64,000 nucleotides of DNA from Candidatus Doudnabacteria bacterium (GCA_963768175.1 CAVYGQ010000001.1:446305-510304), one strand, 5' to 3'; shown: positions 18,132-29,316, numbered from the stretch's first letter. Program-made: numbers and translations. The notes: generated from the sequence alone by a model not told the origin.

Positions 18132-20441
18132 TTAAGTTAATTCATACTCCAATTCTTCCCCGTCATCGCGAAAATGCTCCTTGGCCATTCCCTTTAAAGC
18201 TACCTTATCGCGCGGCAAGACTTTTAAAATCCGCGAGGGCTGGCTAATTTGCACGTTGCCAAAAACGCGGCGGTTATGCGTATAGACCAAAAACAGGCGC
18301 TTGCGCGCGCGCGTCAGACCAACGTAAGCCAGGCGGATTTCTTCACTAAGCTCGCTTGGGTCTATCAGGCTGCGGCTGTGCGGCAATATCCCCTCTTCCA
18401 AGCCGACAAAAAACACGTTATCAAATTCCAAACCTTTGGCGGAATGAAGCGTCATTAACGTTACTGCGTCTTTGCTTTCGTCTTTTTGGTCAATTTCCGA
18501 AATGAGCGCGACTTCTTCCAAAAACTCCCGCAACGCTTCCCGCCAAGGTGTATTGCCGAACTTGTGGGCGACATTAACCAACTCTTCAACGTTTTCCCAG
18601 CGCGTTTCCCCTTTTTCGCTGCCGTCGCGCAAATATTTTCCATAACCGGTCTTTTTTAAAATGAGCTTCATCAGCTCCGGCAAAGTGAACTTCCCGTCAA
18701 ATTCGGAAAATCCCTCAATTAGCCCAAAAAACTCCTGTGCCGCCTGCCAGGCTTTAGGCTGGATTTTAACCCCCACACCAAATTTATTTTTAGATACAGT
18801 TAAGGCCAATTCAGATAAATTCTGATCTTTAAAATCGTCTGATTGATTAAAAGATTTGGTGTGGGGGTGAATATCGGCAAAGGCAATTCGGAAGTCGGAA
18901 GTCGGAGAATCCGCTTTTCCGATTTTCCGATTTTCCGATGACGCAATATTGGAATTATACTGATTAAAGTTTAAAATAAAATCCCTAATTACCGCATACG
19001 ATTTATCCCCAATCCCACGCGGCGGCTCGTTAATTACCCGCCTAAGCGAAACCAAGTCGCGGAAATTCAAAGTCAGGCGCAAATACCCCAGCAGGTCTTT
19101 TATTTCCTTGCGTTCGTAAAATTTTAACCCGCCGACAATTTGGTAAGGGATGGAAGCTTCTATCATAACCTCTTCCAAAGCGCGCGACTGCGCGTGGGTC
19201 CGGTATAAAACGCAAAACTCTTTTAAGCTTTCGTGCTTTTTGGATAGTTGCGGGATAAACCCCCGGCCGAATGAAGATGGGTATTTGGCCTGCAATTTTT
19301 TTGCTTTGATAAATCTATCAAGAATGGAAAAAGGCTTGGGTTCGGCCTGATCAAAATCCGCCTCATACGTTGAATCCCCGCTTCCGCGTCCGTCCGCGTT
19401 AAATTCCGCGTCCGTCCGCGTGGATAATTTGATTATCCACCGCGCCACAAATTCGGCCTCGGCGCGCTCGTCTTCCTCGCAGGTTAAAATGATTTTTTCT
19501 CCCTGGACGTTTTCGGTCCACAAAGTTTTGGGTTTTTGCTCCGGGTTCATTTCAATAACTTTTTGCGCGGCATTCAAAATATTTTTGGTACTGCGATAAT
19601 TCTGCTCCAGCTTAATTAACAAACCTTCGGGATAGTCTTTTTCAAAATTTAAAATATTGGTAATGTCGCTACCGCGGAATTTATAAATGCTTTGGGCGTC
19701 GTCCCCCACCACAAAGATATTGTGATGGATTGCCAGCAAAGACAGCAACCGATACTGCACCGGATTTGTGTCCTGATATTCGTCCACCAGCACATAGCTG
19801 AACTTTTTTTGGTATTTTGCCAGAACTTTAGAGAAATTCTCAAAAATTTTTACCATAAGCAAGAGCAGATCGTCAAAGTCCAAAGCGTTTTGTTTGTACA
19901 ACGCGTCCTGATAACGCGCGTAAACCTCGGCCAGTTTTTCGCGCATCGGCGATTCTAATCCTAAATTTAAATCTGCCGGAAGCTGCAATAAATTTTTGGC
20001 GCGCGAAATCAGGGCGCCAAACAAAGACGGCGGCATTTTTTTGCTGTCTATCCTTAAATCCTCCAAAATTTCCCGCAAAACTTTTTGCTGGTCGTCGGTG
20101 TCAAAAATTACAAAGTCGGAAGCGTAGCCCAAGACCGCAATCTCACGGCGCAAGATTCTGGCGCAAACCGAATGGAACGTGCCCATGGTCAGGCTTTCGG
20201 CTGCACCTTTATAGCGGGCCAAAAGTTTTGCCACCCTGCTCCTCATTTCCTTGGCCGCCTTGTTGGTAAAAGTCAGGGCTAAAATGTGCTCGGGTTTCAC
20301 TATGCGCTTATCTATAATATAAGCAATGCGGTACGTCAAAGTTTTGGTCTTCCCGCTGCCCGGCCCGGCCAACACCAAAACCGGCCCCAAGGGAGCTTCT
20401 ACGGCCTGTCGTTGTTTGTCGTTTAGAGAAGATAGATCCAT
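18132..20441 (-). CDS. uvrD: UvrD/PcrA-family ATP-dependent DNA helicase
   Basis: 769 aa. GPGSGKT Walker A and the usual UvrD motifs. It contains small in-frame tandem repeats at 18886..18940 and 19382..19421. Confidence 0.85.
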   Translation of the reverse strand: MDLSSLNDKQRQAVEAPLGPVLVLAGPGSGKTKTLTYRIAYIIDKRIVKPEHILALTFTNKAAKEMRSRVAKLLARYKGAAESLTMGTFHSVCARILRREIAVLGYASDFVIFDTDDQQKVLREILEDLRIDSKKMPPSLFGALISRAKNLLQLPADLNLGLESPMREKLAEVYARYQDALYKQNALDFDDLLLLMVKIFENFSKVLAKYQKKFSYVLVDEYQDTNPVQYRLLSLLAIHHNIFVVGDDAQSIYKFRGSDITNILNFEKDYPEGLLIKLEQNYRSTKNILNAAQKVIEMNPEQKPKTLWTENVQGEKIILTCEEDERAEAEFVARWIIKLSTRTDAEFNADGRGSGDSTYEADFDQAEPKPFSILDRFIKAKKLQAKYPSSFGRGFIPQLSKKHESLKEFCVLYRTHAQSRALEEVMIEASIPYQIVGGLKFYERKEIKDLLGYLRLTLNFRDLVSLRRVINEPPRGIGDKSYAVIRDFILNFNQYNSNIASSENRKIGKADSPTSDFRIAFADIHPHTKSFNQSDDFKDQNLSELALTVSKNKFGVGVKIQPKAWQAAQEFFGLIEGFSEFDGKFTLPELMKLILKKTGYGKYLRDGSEKGETRWENVEELVNVAHKFGNTPWREALREFLEEVALISEIDQKDESKDAVTLMTLHSAKGLEFDNVFFVGLEEGILPHSRSLIDPSELSEEIRLAYVGLTRARKRLFLVYTHNRRVFGNVQISQPSRILKVLPRDKVALKGMAKEHFRDDGEELEYELT

Positions 20442-21003
20442 TGCATCATTTTAACATACTATCATCTTAACATTACCGCCAAACCTCCGTGATGATAAAA
20501 TGTTAATATGTCAGAATGTTAAAATGATAATGTTTCCCCCTTGTTTAAAACCCTTTAGCCAAAATCCCCTTTAAATTCAACAAAAAGCGGATAACTTGTG
20601 GATTAAAACCTTGCCCGAAGCTTAAGGTCTTGCTAAACTTAATTTTAGATATAAAAAATATTAAGAATATTTAAGCAAATTTTTGCTAATATTGGCAAGG
20701 CGCAAAAAACAGGCCAAAATTAGCCTACCGATCTTCTTTGAAGGACAACTAGCTTAAATATTCGTTATCTTTTTAGGGCACTTTAGCAATATCCGACAAA
20801 ATTCCAACCCTCACCCTAACAAGATAAAAGGGAAAACAATACCCGAGTTAAAATCTTGGCTGTCTCAATTAAAAAGGACATTTGCAAAGACAGCTTTTTT
20901 CTTACAATACTATAGTAAAAAACTCTTTTCCCAAATCAAAAAAAGAGCGCCCTCTCTCAAAAAGCTTCATTTTGAGAGTTTTCCTGCTATCCACATAAAA
21001 CGC
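20442..21003. promoter_or_regulatory. AT-rich divergent intergenic region with palindromes and a few DnaA-box-like 9-mers (cTATCCACA at 20981, TGTGGATtA at 20593)
   Basis: 8/9 matches to TTATCCACA. Hairpin plus T-runs at 20859..20900. Confidence 0.25.
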
Positions 21004-22173
21004 ATGGACTGGCTGGATTTTTTGTTTAAATTTTCCAGCGAACTTTTGGTGGTAATTTTAAGCTTGATGGTGGGCGGCTTAAATTTATTTTACTTCCACA
21101 TGGCTGTTTTCCGGGACCAAAGCTTAGCCAGCGTTTTTATTAACCACCACCAAAACGCTAATCCCCTTCTCTACGCCAAGAACAACAGCATTGTAACCAT
21201 AGTCTCCTCTCAAGGCGGCATTATCCCCCAGGCACAAGCCGACGATTTTACCGGCTTAGGCAGCCAAACCGCCGCCGATAATACAGGCGACACCGCCTTA
21301 GGCAGCAGCAACATCGTGCTCAGCGACGACAACAGTATTCTGGCGCCAAACCCCGATACCATTCAGGGCCTGATGGACCAAGCCGTCAAAAAGGTCTATA
21401 CCACCCAAGCAGGCGACACCCTGCAGTCAATTGCCGCCGCCTACGGCGTTTCACCCGACAGCATCCGCTGGAGCAACCCGTCCCTGACTTCAGATAGCAT
21501 AAAACCCGGATGGGATTTGGTTATTCCCCCCATAGACGGCGTGGCCGTGACCGCCGGCAACAACGACACCCTGCCGGATTTGGCGGCCAGGTACAATCCT
21601 TTAAGGTACAATTCCGATAAAACTGCCCGCGACAACAGCGCCGCCCAACTGCTGGACTCAATTATTTCCTATAACGGCTTAGACAGCGCCGAAGACATTA
21701 ATCCCGGCGACTTTTTAATTATCCCCGGCGGAGTAGTGGCCGTGCCTCCCGTGGCGCCCAAACCTCCTAAAACCAAATCCACCAAACCTACCGCGCCGGA
21801 CAACAGCATTAACGACGTTACCAGCGTAAGTTCCGGCTACGATGACATCAACCATCTGTTCCCCAGAGGCTACTGCACCTATTATGTGGCCACCCAAATG
21901 AAAATAACCTTTGGCGGCAACGCCAAAAACTGGCTGGCCAACGCTAAGGCTTCCGGCTATGTAACCGGCAACGAGCCGGCGCCCCGTTCGGCCGTGGTAA
22001 TGACCGGCCCCAAAGGCGCCCTGCGCCGCTACGGCCATGTGGCTTACGTAAATTCCGTCAATGGTGACGATACTATAACTATTTCCGAAATGAACTATGA
22101 CCACTTTAACCGCGTTGATACCCGCACCCTTTCCGCCACCGACCCCAACATCCGCGGATATATTTATCCTTAG
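21004..22173 (+). CDS. Secreted peptidoglycan hydrolase with two LysM domains and a C-terminal CHAP domain, a candidate T4SS cell-wall hydrolase
   Basis: LysM pattern YTTQAGDTLQSIAAAYGV...IKPGWDLVIP. CHAP catalytic Cys (GYCTYYVA) and His (GHVAYV). Confidence 0.75.
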   Translation: MDWLDFLFKFSSELLVVILSLMVGGLNLFYFHMAVFRDQSLASVFINHHQNANPLLYAKNNSIVTIVSSQGGIIPQAQADDFTGLGSQTAADNTGDTALGSSNIVLSDDNSILAPNPDTIQGLMDQAVKKVYTTQAGDTLQSIAAAYGVSPDSIRWSNPSLTSDSIKPGWDLVIPPIDGVAVTAGNNDTLPDLAARYNPLRYNSDKTARDNSAAQLLDSIISYNGLDSAEDINPGDFLIIPGGVVAVPPVAPKPPKTKSTKPTAPDNSINDVTSVSSGYDDINHLFPRGYCTYYVATQMKITFGGNAKNWLANAKASGYVTGNEPAPRSAVVMTGPKGALRRYGHVAYVNSVNGDDTITISEMNYDHFNRVDTRTLSATDPNIRGYIYP

Positions 22174-22350
22174 CAGGACTTACGCACCGCCGCTTTTTGG
22201 GCTGGCGGAGCCAGACCCTCAAAGCGGCTTTGGCCAATTTCTTCGTTATTTTGCTGCGGTTTTATTCGCCGTACCTAAAGTACGCCTCATAAAATCCTCA
22301 CAAAATGCCTCGAAATTGGCTCAATGCGGAAGTCCTGCAAAATTCCCCCC

Positions 22351-22388
22351 GGCGTCATCCTGAGCGAGCGGAGCGAGTGAAGGATCTC
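22351..22388. repeat. Family D repeat, half copy
   Basis: ggcgtcatcctgagcgagcggagcgagtgaaggatctc. Confidence 0.6.
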
Positions 22389-22467
22389 TTAATAAAATAA
22401 AACCCCGGATTTACCCGAGGTTTTTTTGATCCCTAATTCCTAATTTTTGCTTCCTAATTCCAGCCTC

Positions 22468-24309
22468 CTACGGAATTACCTGCCCGTTGCCAAAACCATT
22501 GGTACCGGCCACGTCGGAGGTGGTGATATCGTCGGCGGAAATATTTACGGCCTGGGAGGTAAATAAATCGTTGGCCGTAAAGTTTATGGTATTGACTAAA
22601 GTCGGCGACTGGTTAACCTGCGAAGACGAAGGGCTTAAAGTTATCTGGAACTCCAAAACCCTGGGCTGGCTAAAACGCCCCGTGTTAGCGGGCAGGCTGC
22701 CTACGTTCCAGGTTAACTTGTTTGTAGAAGGGTCAAACTGGGCATTGGCCAACTCGGCCCCAGTTACGCTGCCGGCAATAAACCCCGACGGGATAAACGC
22801 CGTGAGTACGCCGTTTGAAAAATCATTGCTGGAATTACTCAGCGCAAAATGGACTTTATAAACGGTAGTTTTCCCGACCTCCGGAGGCAACTGGCCGGAA
22901 ACAAAACTCAATACAGTACTGATTTTAGAAGGGCTGGAAATTTTTAAGTTCAGCTGGCCGCCAGGAAAAGCGGAAGAGTATTCATTGGACTGGATTTGGA
23001 TGCTGGAAACCAAAGTCAAATTTTTGGAAGAATCTTTGACGGCCGGATTATTTATTTTTACGCTGAACGATAAATCCCCGGACTGGCTGGGCGAAAGGCT
23101 CTGGAGCTGTGGCACGCCGGAGGCGTTCCACAAAATAGTGTTGTTATTAACCTGTCCGCCCTGGGTGCGGATGGAGCTTAAATCCACGGCTTTGGAATTT
23201 AGAGTCACCTGGACATTTACGCCCGTGGCCACGGTGCTGGCGTTATTTTGGTAATGCACGGTGAAATTCAGGGTGTCACCGGGATTAATTACATTGTTGG
23301 AATTGGCCTGCTCAAGGCTTTGGGTCACGAGCAGCGGCAGACTGGAAATGGCGGTAACAAAGGAAGATGTATTTTGAACGGAATACTGTCCGTCGGACCC
23401 TAGGACCAAAAATTCGGCCTGGGCAGTTTTACTTTCCCCGGGATTTGAGGAGTTAAACGTGCCCTGAATTTGGATATTCCCCTGCCCGCTATTGGCAAGC
23501 GTACCGATGTCCCAGGTGTCGGTGCCTGAATCCGGCGGCGGCGTTGCTGAAGCAAAACTAAAGCCGTCGGGATAAACCATTTTTATCCGGGTATTTTGCA
23601 TATCAGCCCCGGAATTATTCTGATATTTTATCGTATAAAGCACCAACTGGGCATTGTTGGTGGTCGCCGGACCGTCCAGCTCAATCATTACGTTTGAAGC
23701 CAAAAGCGTAATTGTGGAAGTCTGGTCCTTAACAAATTGCAAGCTGAAATTGGGGTATTGGTAATGCAACTTGATATCTAAAGTTTTTTGGTCATTGACG
23801 TTTCCCGTGACTTTGGTTTTAACAATCACCACGGCATTTTGGCCGGAGATTAAATCGGGAACGGTAAACATGCTGCCGGATATATTTTGCGCCTGCGGAC
23901 TGCTATTTTCATAAGTTTCACCGTCGGGATAAGTCAGCTCCAAAGTCATGTTTGTTAATTTTTGGCTATCATTATTTTGCACTGTAATTGTATAAACCGC
24001 TTCGCCGCCGCTGGCTACCGTTTGGGGAACATCTACCGAAATATTGACATTGGCTTCCTTCGGCGCCACGGCCGGAGATTTTCTAAAGGCAAAATAAGCC
24101 AGTACGCCTATAATGACTACGCCGACTAATATGGCAAAAAAATACCATTTATTGGCCCGGTAAAAAGCCTTAAACCCTCCGCCTTCGCTGCTTTCACCGT
24201 CAGAAACCATAATTTGCCCTCTGACGTCGGAATCTAAAATCGGCGTTTCCACGGTCTTTTTTATGAATTGCGGATTTTGGGAGGGATCGGCAGGTTTTGT
24301 TTCGTCCAT
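22468..24309 (-). CDS. Hypothetical TM-anchored surface protein with repeated beta-rich domains
   Basis: 613-aa ORF. TM at about residue 55-77, then Thr/Ser/Asn-rich repeats. Confidence 0.5.
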   Translation of the reverse strand: MDETKPADPSQNPQFIKKTVETPILDSDVRGQIMVSDGESSEGGGFKAFYRANKWYFFAILVGVVIIGVLAYFAFRKSPAVAPKEANVNISVDVPQTVASGGEAVYTITVQNNDSQKLTNMTLELTYPDGETYENSSPQAQNISGSMFTVPDLISGQNAVVIVKTKVTGNVNDQKTLDIKLHYQYPNFSLQFVKDQTSTITLLASNVMIELDGPATTNNAQLVLYTIKYQNNSGADMQNTRIKMVYPDGFSFASATPPPDSGTDTWDIGTLANSGQGNIQIQGTFNSSNPGESKTAQAEFLVLGSDGQYSVQNTSSFVTAISSLPLLVTQSLEQANSNNVINPGDTLNFTVHYQNNASTVATGVNVQVTLNSKAVDLSSIRTQGGQVNNNTILWNASGVPQLQSLSPSQSGDLSFSVKINNPAVKDSSKNLTLVSSIQIQSNEYSSAFPGGQLNLKISSPSKISTVLSFVSGQLPPEVGKTTVYKVHFALSNSSNDFSNGVLTAFIPSGFIAGSVTGAELANAQFDPSTNKLTWNVGSLPANTGRFSQPRVLEFQITLSPSSSQVNQSPTLVNTINFTANDLFTSQAVNISADDITTSDVAGTNGFGNGQVIP

Positions 24310-24398
24310 AAAGTATATAATTAATTACTTATATTATACCACAAAGACTGGCCTGTTAGGATCACACGCCAACAATGGGCGTCATTGTTTCCGGAACA

Positions 24399-25115
24399 TT
24401 ATTGTTTTAAATATTTTTCCGACTTAACTTTTCTTTCCAGCTGGTATTCTATAAACTCTGATAACAGATTTTGCAGGTCTTTTTCCCCCGCTGTGTTTTT
24501 GGCTTTCCGCAAATTTTCAAATCCAACAGCCTGCAGCTCCAAAAATAATCGGTAAACTACCTGGCTGACTTTTAATGCATCGGCCGAGGCTCGCCGGCTA
24601 AAGCCGCCCCTTAAAGCGCTAAAAAAAATCCGGCCGCCCTCCCCCGCCCCGGCGCTGCCCTTTACGCCCAAACCCAGAGCCCGCAAAATTTCCAGTTTAA
24701 ATTTTGCCAGGGCCAAATCCAAAACCGGTTCGGGATTTTTAGAATTCAAAAATTCCAAAAAATTTTCCAGCAATACAAACAACGGTTGATTTTTTTGCTC
24801 ATCGGGAGTAAATTTCAACACCAGTTCCTGCGCGTAAAAAGCCCGCTTTAAACTTTCCAGATTTTCCCGCAACCGCTGAAAAACTTTTACGGGCTCAACC
24901 GAAATAATTTTGGGCAGCCGGCCGTGAGAAAAACTTAAATTTACCAAAAATAAAGCCTGCAGTTTTTGCTGCAGCTTGGACTTGGACAACTTAACCGACT
25001 TGGCCAAGCAGCGGATTTTCCCCAGCTCTAAGGTATAAAAGGTAATAATCTCATCACCCTCGTTAAAAGGCTGTTTTTTTAAAATTACTGCCAGGCAGTT
25101 GGTTTCTCTGGACAT
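24399..25115 (-). CDS. recO: DNA repair protein RecO (tentative)
   Basis: 238 aa. N-terminal OB-fold-like ..AVILKK..NEGDEIITFYT...GK... pattern. Confidence 0.5.
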   Translation of the reverse strand: MSRETNCLAVILKKQPFNEGDEIITFYTLELGKIRCLAKSVKLSKSKLQQKLQALFLVNLSFSHGRLPKIISVEPVKVFQRLRENLESLKRAFYAQELVLKFTPDEQKNQPLFVLLENFLEFLNSKNPEPVLDLALAKFKLEILRALGLGVKGSAGAGEGGRIFFSALRGGFSRRASADALKVSQVVYRLFLELQAVGFENLRKAKNTAGEKDLQNLLSEFIEYQLERKVKSEKYLKQ

Positions 25116-25244
25116 TGGAAAGTTATTTAGATTTACTTAAGTATAGCAAAATCGGAACAAAAACCATAAATAATTTTTTGTCTATACGGTTTGTTTGTGA
25201 TAAAATTAGCAAAGGGAACTTAATACATAATTTAAAATAACTTT

Positions 25245-26282
25245 ATGAAAGCTGCTATTTTTTACGGCCCGCGCGACATTCGAGTGGAGGAAGTTCCGGA
25301 TCCAAAAATCCAAAACCCCGATGAAGCGGTTGTTAGAGTCACATACAGCTGCATTTGCGGCTCGGATTTATGGCCGTACCGTGGGTTGGTGCCAAGGCAG
25401 GCGCCCAGCCGCATTGGGCACGAATTTATGGGGGTGGTGGAAGAGATCGGGCCGGCGGTCAAAAACGTCCGTGTTGGGGATTTGGTTGTGGCGCCGTTCA
25501 TTCCCGTGGACGGAACCTGCCCGGAATGTTTGGCCGGCATGTCCAGCGCCTGTAGAAGCCGCAAAAGCTGGGGCGTAAACGGCTATGACGGCTGCCAGGG
25601 CGAAAAAATCCGCGTGCCTTTGGCGGACGGGACTTTGTTTAAAATTCCAAAAGAAAAAGCTCCGGAATCGCTGATGCCTGCTTTGCTGCCTTTATCGGAT
25701 GTCTTATGCACCGGCCATCACGCCGCGGTTTCCGCGGGTGTCGGTCCGGGGAAAACCGTTACCGTAGTCGGCGACGGCGCGGTTGGTTTGTGCGCCGTGG
25801 CCGCCAGTAAACGCCTTGGCGCCAAACAAATTATTTTAATCAGCACCCATGAAGACCGCGCAAAAATCGGCAGACAGTTCGGGGCGACCGACATTGTTGA
25901 AAAGCGCGAGGAAGAAGCTGTGGCGGTTATCAAAAATATGACCGATAATCTAGGAGTGGATTGCGCTTTGGAATGTGTGGGCCTGCCCGCCTCCTGGAAA
26001 ACCGTGTTTGGCGTAGTCAGGCCCGGCGGCAATATCGGCTTTGTGGGCGTGCCCGTGGGCGTCCCAGACATAATAGTTAGGGATTTATTGAACAGCAACG
26101 TCGGCGTCAAGGGCGGCATAGCGCCGGCTGCCACTTATATTCCCCAGCTGATGCCGGATGTGCTTTCGGGCAAACTTGACGTCTCCGCCGTCTTTACCAG
26201 AACCATGGCCTTAAAAGATATTGCCGAAGGCTACCGCGCCATGGACGAACGCAAAGATATAAAAGTTCTGGTTAAACCATAA
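25245..26282 (+). CDS. Zn-dependent alcohol dehydrogenase-family oxidoreductase
   Basis: CGSDLW, GHEFMGVV and GDGAVGL motifs. Confidence 0.85.
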   Translation: MKAAIFYGPRDIRVEEVPDPKIQNPDEAVVRVTYSCICGSDLWPYRGLVPRQAPSRIGHEFMGVVEEIGPAVKNVRVGDLVVAPFIPVDGTCPECLAGMSSACRSRKSWGVNGYDGCQGEKIRVPLADGTLFKIPKEKAPESLMPALLPLSDVLCTGHHAAVSAGVGPGKTVTVVGDGAVGLCAVAASKRLGAKQIILISTHEDRAKIGRQFGATDIVEKREEEAVAVIKNMTDNLGVDCALECVGLPASWKTVFGVVRPGGNIGFVGVPVGVPDIIVRDLLNSNVGVKGGIAPAATYIPQLMPDVLSGKLDVSAVFTRTMALKDIAEGYRAMDERKDIKVLVKP

Positions 26283-26350
26283 AATAATCTTCGAATTAAA
26301 AAATCACCCTGCCACTACGAAAGGCAAGGTGATTTTAATTATCCATTAGT

Positions 26351-27418
26351 TTAGAATCCAAACATGCGCTTAAAGAAATTGCCGAAACCGCCAAACATAT
26401 GGCTTATGCCGCTTGTTATGCCGCCAATAATGCCGTGCTGATGCTGCTGATTACTGCCCGGATTGTTTGTATTGGGATTTACGGTTGCTTTTTGATCAAT
26501 CACTGACGAAGCGGTTACGCTTGTGCCGTTAACTGTTCCTTGGACCACCAAATTATCCCCGACTGCGACATTTGAAATTGTCGGGCTTGCCACTCCCGCT
26601 ACAACAAATTTGGCATTAGTGGCATCAATAGTGTATGTGACATTGCTTTTGTTTGTAATCGTAATGCTGTTTCCGCTTATTGCGGTCACGCTCCCCGCCA
26701 CCACCGGCTCGCCGTTGCCTTGGATCGCCTGCTGGGCTACCCCGTCTTTTATGGTTGTGGCGGTTACACTAGCACCGCTCACTGTTCCTTGAATCATTAC
26801 CGTATCACCGACAGCTATGGCGGATACGGAAGAGGCCTGTCCGCTCTTGGTTACCGTTGCGTTTGAAGCGTCAACCGTATAGGTTGTGGTTGCGGTCGTG
26901 CTGCTAAAACCCTGGCTGCTTGTAACGGTCAGCGTGGTTCCGCTTATTGATGCGACGGTGCCTCTGATTCCCATTCCGCCCGGCCTAATGGCCGGATTTG
27001 CGGTTCCTGGGTTACCTCGCCTTGAGCCTCTTCCCGCCATAATTCCATCCCGTATGGTTGTGGCGGTTACGGTGGCGCCGCTTACTGTTCCCTGTATCAA
27101 GACTGTATCGCCCACGGCGATACTTGAAACCGTGCTTGCCGCGTTATTCTTTGTTACGGTAGCGTTAGTGGCGTCTACCGTATAGGTTGTGGTTGCGGTC
27201 GTGCTGCTAAAACCTTGCCTACCGGTGACCGTTAAGATATCGCCGCTTATCGCGGAAACCGTGCCAATAACAGCCGGCGGCTGGCCGCCGTTCACCCTTC
27301 CACCAAAACCGCCCGGCCCTCCTCCTTGCCCTTGCCACTGCTGGGCAAAAACCGGCGTTGCTAAAGCTAAGCTACCCAAAGTTGCCAACACTATGATTAA
27401 CGAAATATATTTTCTCAT
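26351..27418 (-). CDS. Secreted protein with three tandem ~95-aa repeats
   Basis: Signal peptide. Repeated units TVTG.QGFSSTTATTTYTVDA.NATVTK....S.IAVGDTV.IQGTVSGA.VTATTI. Confidence 0.55.
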   Translation of the reverse strand: MRKYISLIIVLATLGSLALATPVFAQQWQGQGGGPGGFGGRVNGGQPPAVIGTVSAISGDILTVTGRQGFSSTTATTTYTVDATNATVTKNNAASTVSSIAVGDTVLIQGTVSGATVTATTIRDGIMAGRGSRRGNPGTANPAIRPGGMGIRGTVASISGTTLTVTSSQGFSSTTATTTYTVDASNATVTKSGQASSVSAIAVGDTVMIQGTVSGASVTATTIKDGVAQQAIQGNGEPVVAGSVTAISGNSITITNKSNVTYTIDATNAKFVVAGVASPTISNVAVGDNLVVQGTVNGTSVTASSVIDQKATVNPNTNNPGSNQQHQHGIIGGITSGISHMFGGFGNFFKRMFGF

Positions 27419-27752
27419 ATTTGTCGCGTTTCTTTCTTTCTATAACGAAAGTTAATTTTTTTATAACGGCCTTTATGCAACAATAATACGAACGCCGGAT
27501 GCAAAAAGGTTCATTAAAAAAATTGCATTGACAAGCGATAATTATTAATTAGGTAAAACTTAAAGCTCTCGTTTACAAAAAAACTGCGGATGTTTAGTCC
27601 GCAATTTTTGGTTTAAATTCTAGTTGGCTGGCCACGTCGCTCGCGAGCGATGTGGCTGTGGGGATCAGTTACCCACCTACCAGATAGCAACATTATAAGG
27701 GCTTTTGGAAGATCTTGTCAGCGGCCTGTTGACGCTCCTCGGTCGTGCATAT

Positions 27753-28481
27753 TTAGTAAATTTTTCGCCAGCGTTTAAAAGCTTTAACATCCGAAGAATT
27801 CAAATTAAACCATTCACCCCTCTTCCGTTTAGATGTAAATCTAGTATGCCAGTATTTCTCAATACCATCCATATCGTCTGTTTCTATCTCATGAATCAAT
27901 TTAAACGGTTCCGACCCTAGTAATGTAATGTCTTCTCGACGACGGTTTGCGTCCTTTGCTTTACCAATTTTATAATCTCCATGTTGCTTGCCTAAATAAA
28001 CAAAACCTTTAGATACTAATGGATCCTCAGAGGTCCTGTCTAGATTTTCAAATCCCTCAAAAACTAAATTACATATTTCTACAATGTCCTTATATTTTTT
28101 TTTGTTTTCAACGAATTCAAGAATAGTTTTTGCCAGATTTCTTGTTAAACCAAGTTTTTTATAAAATGTTGCTGAGTTGGGAAAGCTCAAATCATTGTGA
28201 TGTTTAACATCTAAATCACCTCTCGTTGGCCATTTACGCTTTTCACGAATAACAGTTATAAAAATTTCACATAATTGATCATGACTATATTTAGTTTTAT
28301 CAAACTTATTAGGAGTTAATCCTGCTTCACGAACGAGTTCGCCGTAATTAGACCAGTGTTTCATTCGTTCATATCTATTGACATCAGTGTTTTCGTAAAA
28401 GCTTGACTCGCTTGGTGTCTTGCCGTCATTCAACTGAGTATACTTTTGGATTTCCTTTATTATCTCATCTTTTGTAAACAT
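27753..28481 (-). CDS. T5orf172/GIY-YIG-like (DUF4357-type) domain protein
   Basis: C-terminal YKIGKAKD..RR...L.....EPFKLIHEIETDD...IEKYWHTRF...R.RGEWF pattern. Confidence 0.55.
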   Translation of the reverse strand: MFTKDEIIKEIQKYTQLNDGKTPSESSFYENTDVNRYERMKHWSNYGELVREAGLTPNKFDKTKYSHDQLCEIFITVIREKRKWPTRGDLDVKHHNDLSFPNSATFYKKLGLTRNLAKTILEFVENKKKYKDIVEICNLVFEGFENLDRTSEDPLVSKGFVYLGKQHGDYKIGKAKDANRRREDITLLGSEPFKLIHEIETDDMDGIEKYWHTRFTSKRKRGEWFNLNSSDVKAFKRWRKIY

Positions 28482-28531
28482 AAATTATTGAAATTAATTA
28501 CGCACCTCGGTTACTTACTAAAAAAAGTTGA

Positions 28532-28605
28532 TGGCTGGGGTGCCAGGATTCGGACCTGGGATCAGCGGTTCAGAGCCGCTTGCCTTACCGCTTGGCTACA
28601 CCCCA
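28532..28605 (-). tRNA. tRNA-Gln (anticodon CTG), CCA encoded
   Basis: Manual fold. Acceptor TGGGGTG/CACCCCA, D arm GCC-AAGCGGTAA-GGC, anticodon stem AGCGG/CCGCT with loop CTCTGAA, T arm CCAGG-TCCGAAT-CCTGG. 74 nt. Confidence 0.8.
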
Positions 28606-29043
28606 ACGATATCAAAATCTAAAAACTAAACCCTAAATACTAAACTTTAGACAACTGATATATTATAAAATAAATCAGAAAAAAAGAAAAGGGCTCGCTT
28701 TTGCCTGTATTCCTAAATAGTGATAAAATAAGATTAGGTTTTAAAGGCGTTCCGAAATCAAAATGTTCAAAATCCTAAAAATCGTGTTTTATATTGTCAT
28801 TGTTATAGTTGTTGTGTTTTTATATTGGTTTTTGCCCAAGTATTCCTATGTCAGCAAAAACCCAGGATATTGCACCCAATTAACCAGCCATCTGTACTAC
28901 TGCGGAAACATAGGTAGCATGGACAAGCTTATGGGTGGCGGCAAATAATTGACACGGGTTTTTTGGGATTGTATAATAAAATTGCCCTTAAACCCAAGCG
29001 AAACAAAATTTACCCTGTTAAATAATTTTAAATTTTTTCTCCA

Positions 29044-29316
29044 ATGCAATATGTCTATATTTTGCAGTCAGAAAAGGACAAAAAATTTTATACAGGGTAT
29101 ACAAAAAATTTAAAATTAAGATTTGAGCAACATAAGAAGGGCCAAGTTAAATCAACTAACGATCGCAGGCCGCTTAAACTAATTTACCATGAAGCGTGCT
29201 TAAACCAGCAAGATGCTACCCATCGCGAAAAGTACCTAAAAACCTACCTTGGAAAAATGTTTATTAAAAAACGGCTCAAATCTTATTTCAACCTGTTAAA
29301 TAGTTTCACTTTGTGA
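29044..29316 (+). CDS. Small GIY-YIG nuclease-family protein (second paralogue)
   Basis: YVYILQS...KFYTGYTKNLKLRFEQHKKG. Confidence 0.65.
   Translation: MQYVYILQSEKDKKFYTGYTKNLKLRFEQHKKGQVKSTNDRRPLKLIYHEACLNQQDATHREKYLKTYLGKMFIKKRLKSYFNLLNSFTL

Noticed and set aside
20442-21003. Replication origin
   Set aside because: Only about three 8/9 DnaA-box matches. No dnaA/dnaN nearby and no clear box cluster.
22351-22430. Rho-independent terminator AAAACCCCGGATTTACCCGAGGTTTTTTT after the CHAP gene
   Set aside because: The T-tract is present but I could not find a convincing GC-rich stem. It may simply be the edge of the family D half copy.
25262-26134. Antisense ORFs within the alcohol dehydrogenase gene (25262..25564, 25321..25578, 25718..26134)
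   Set aside because: They are artefacts of a GC-rich coding region, and the sense frame has clear Zn-ADH motifs.
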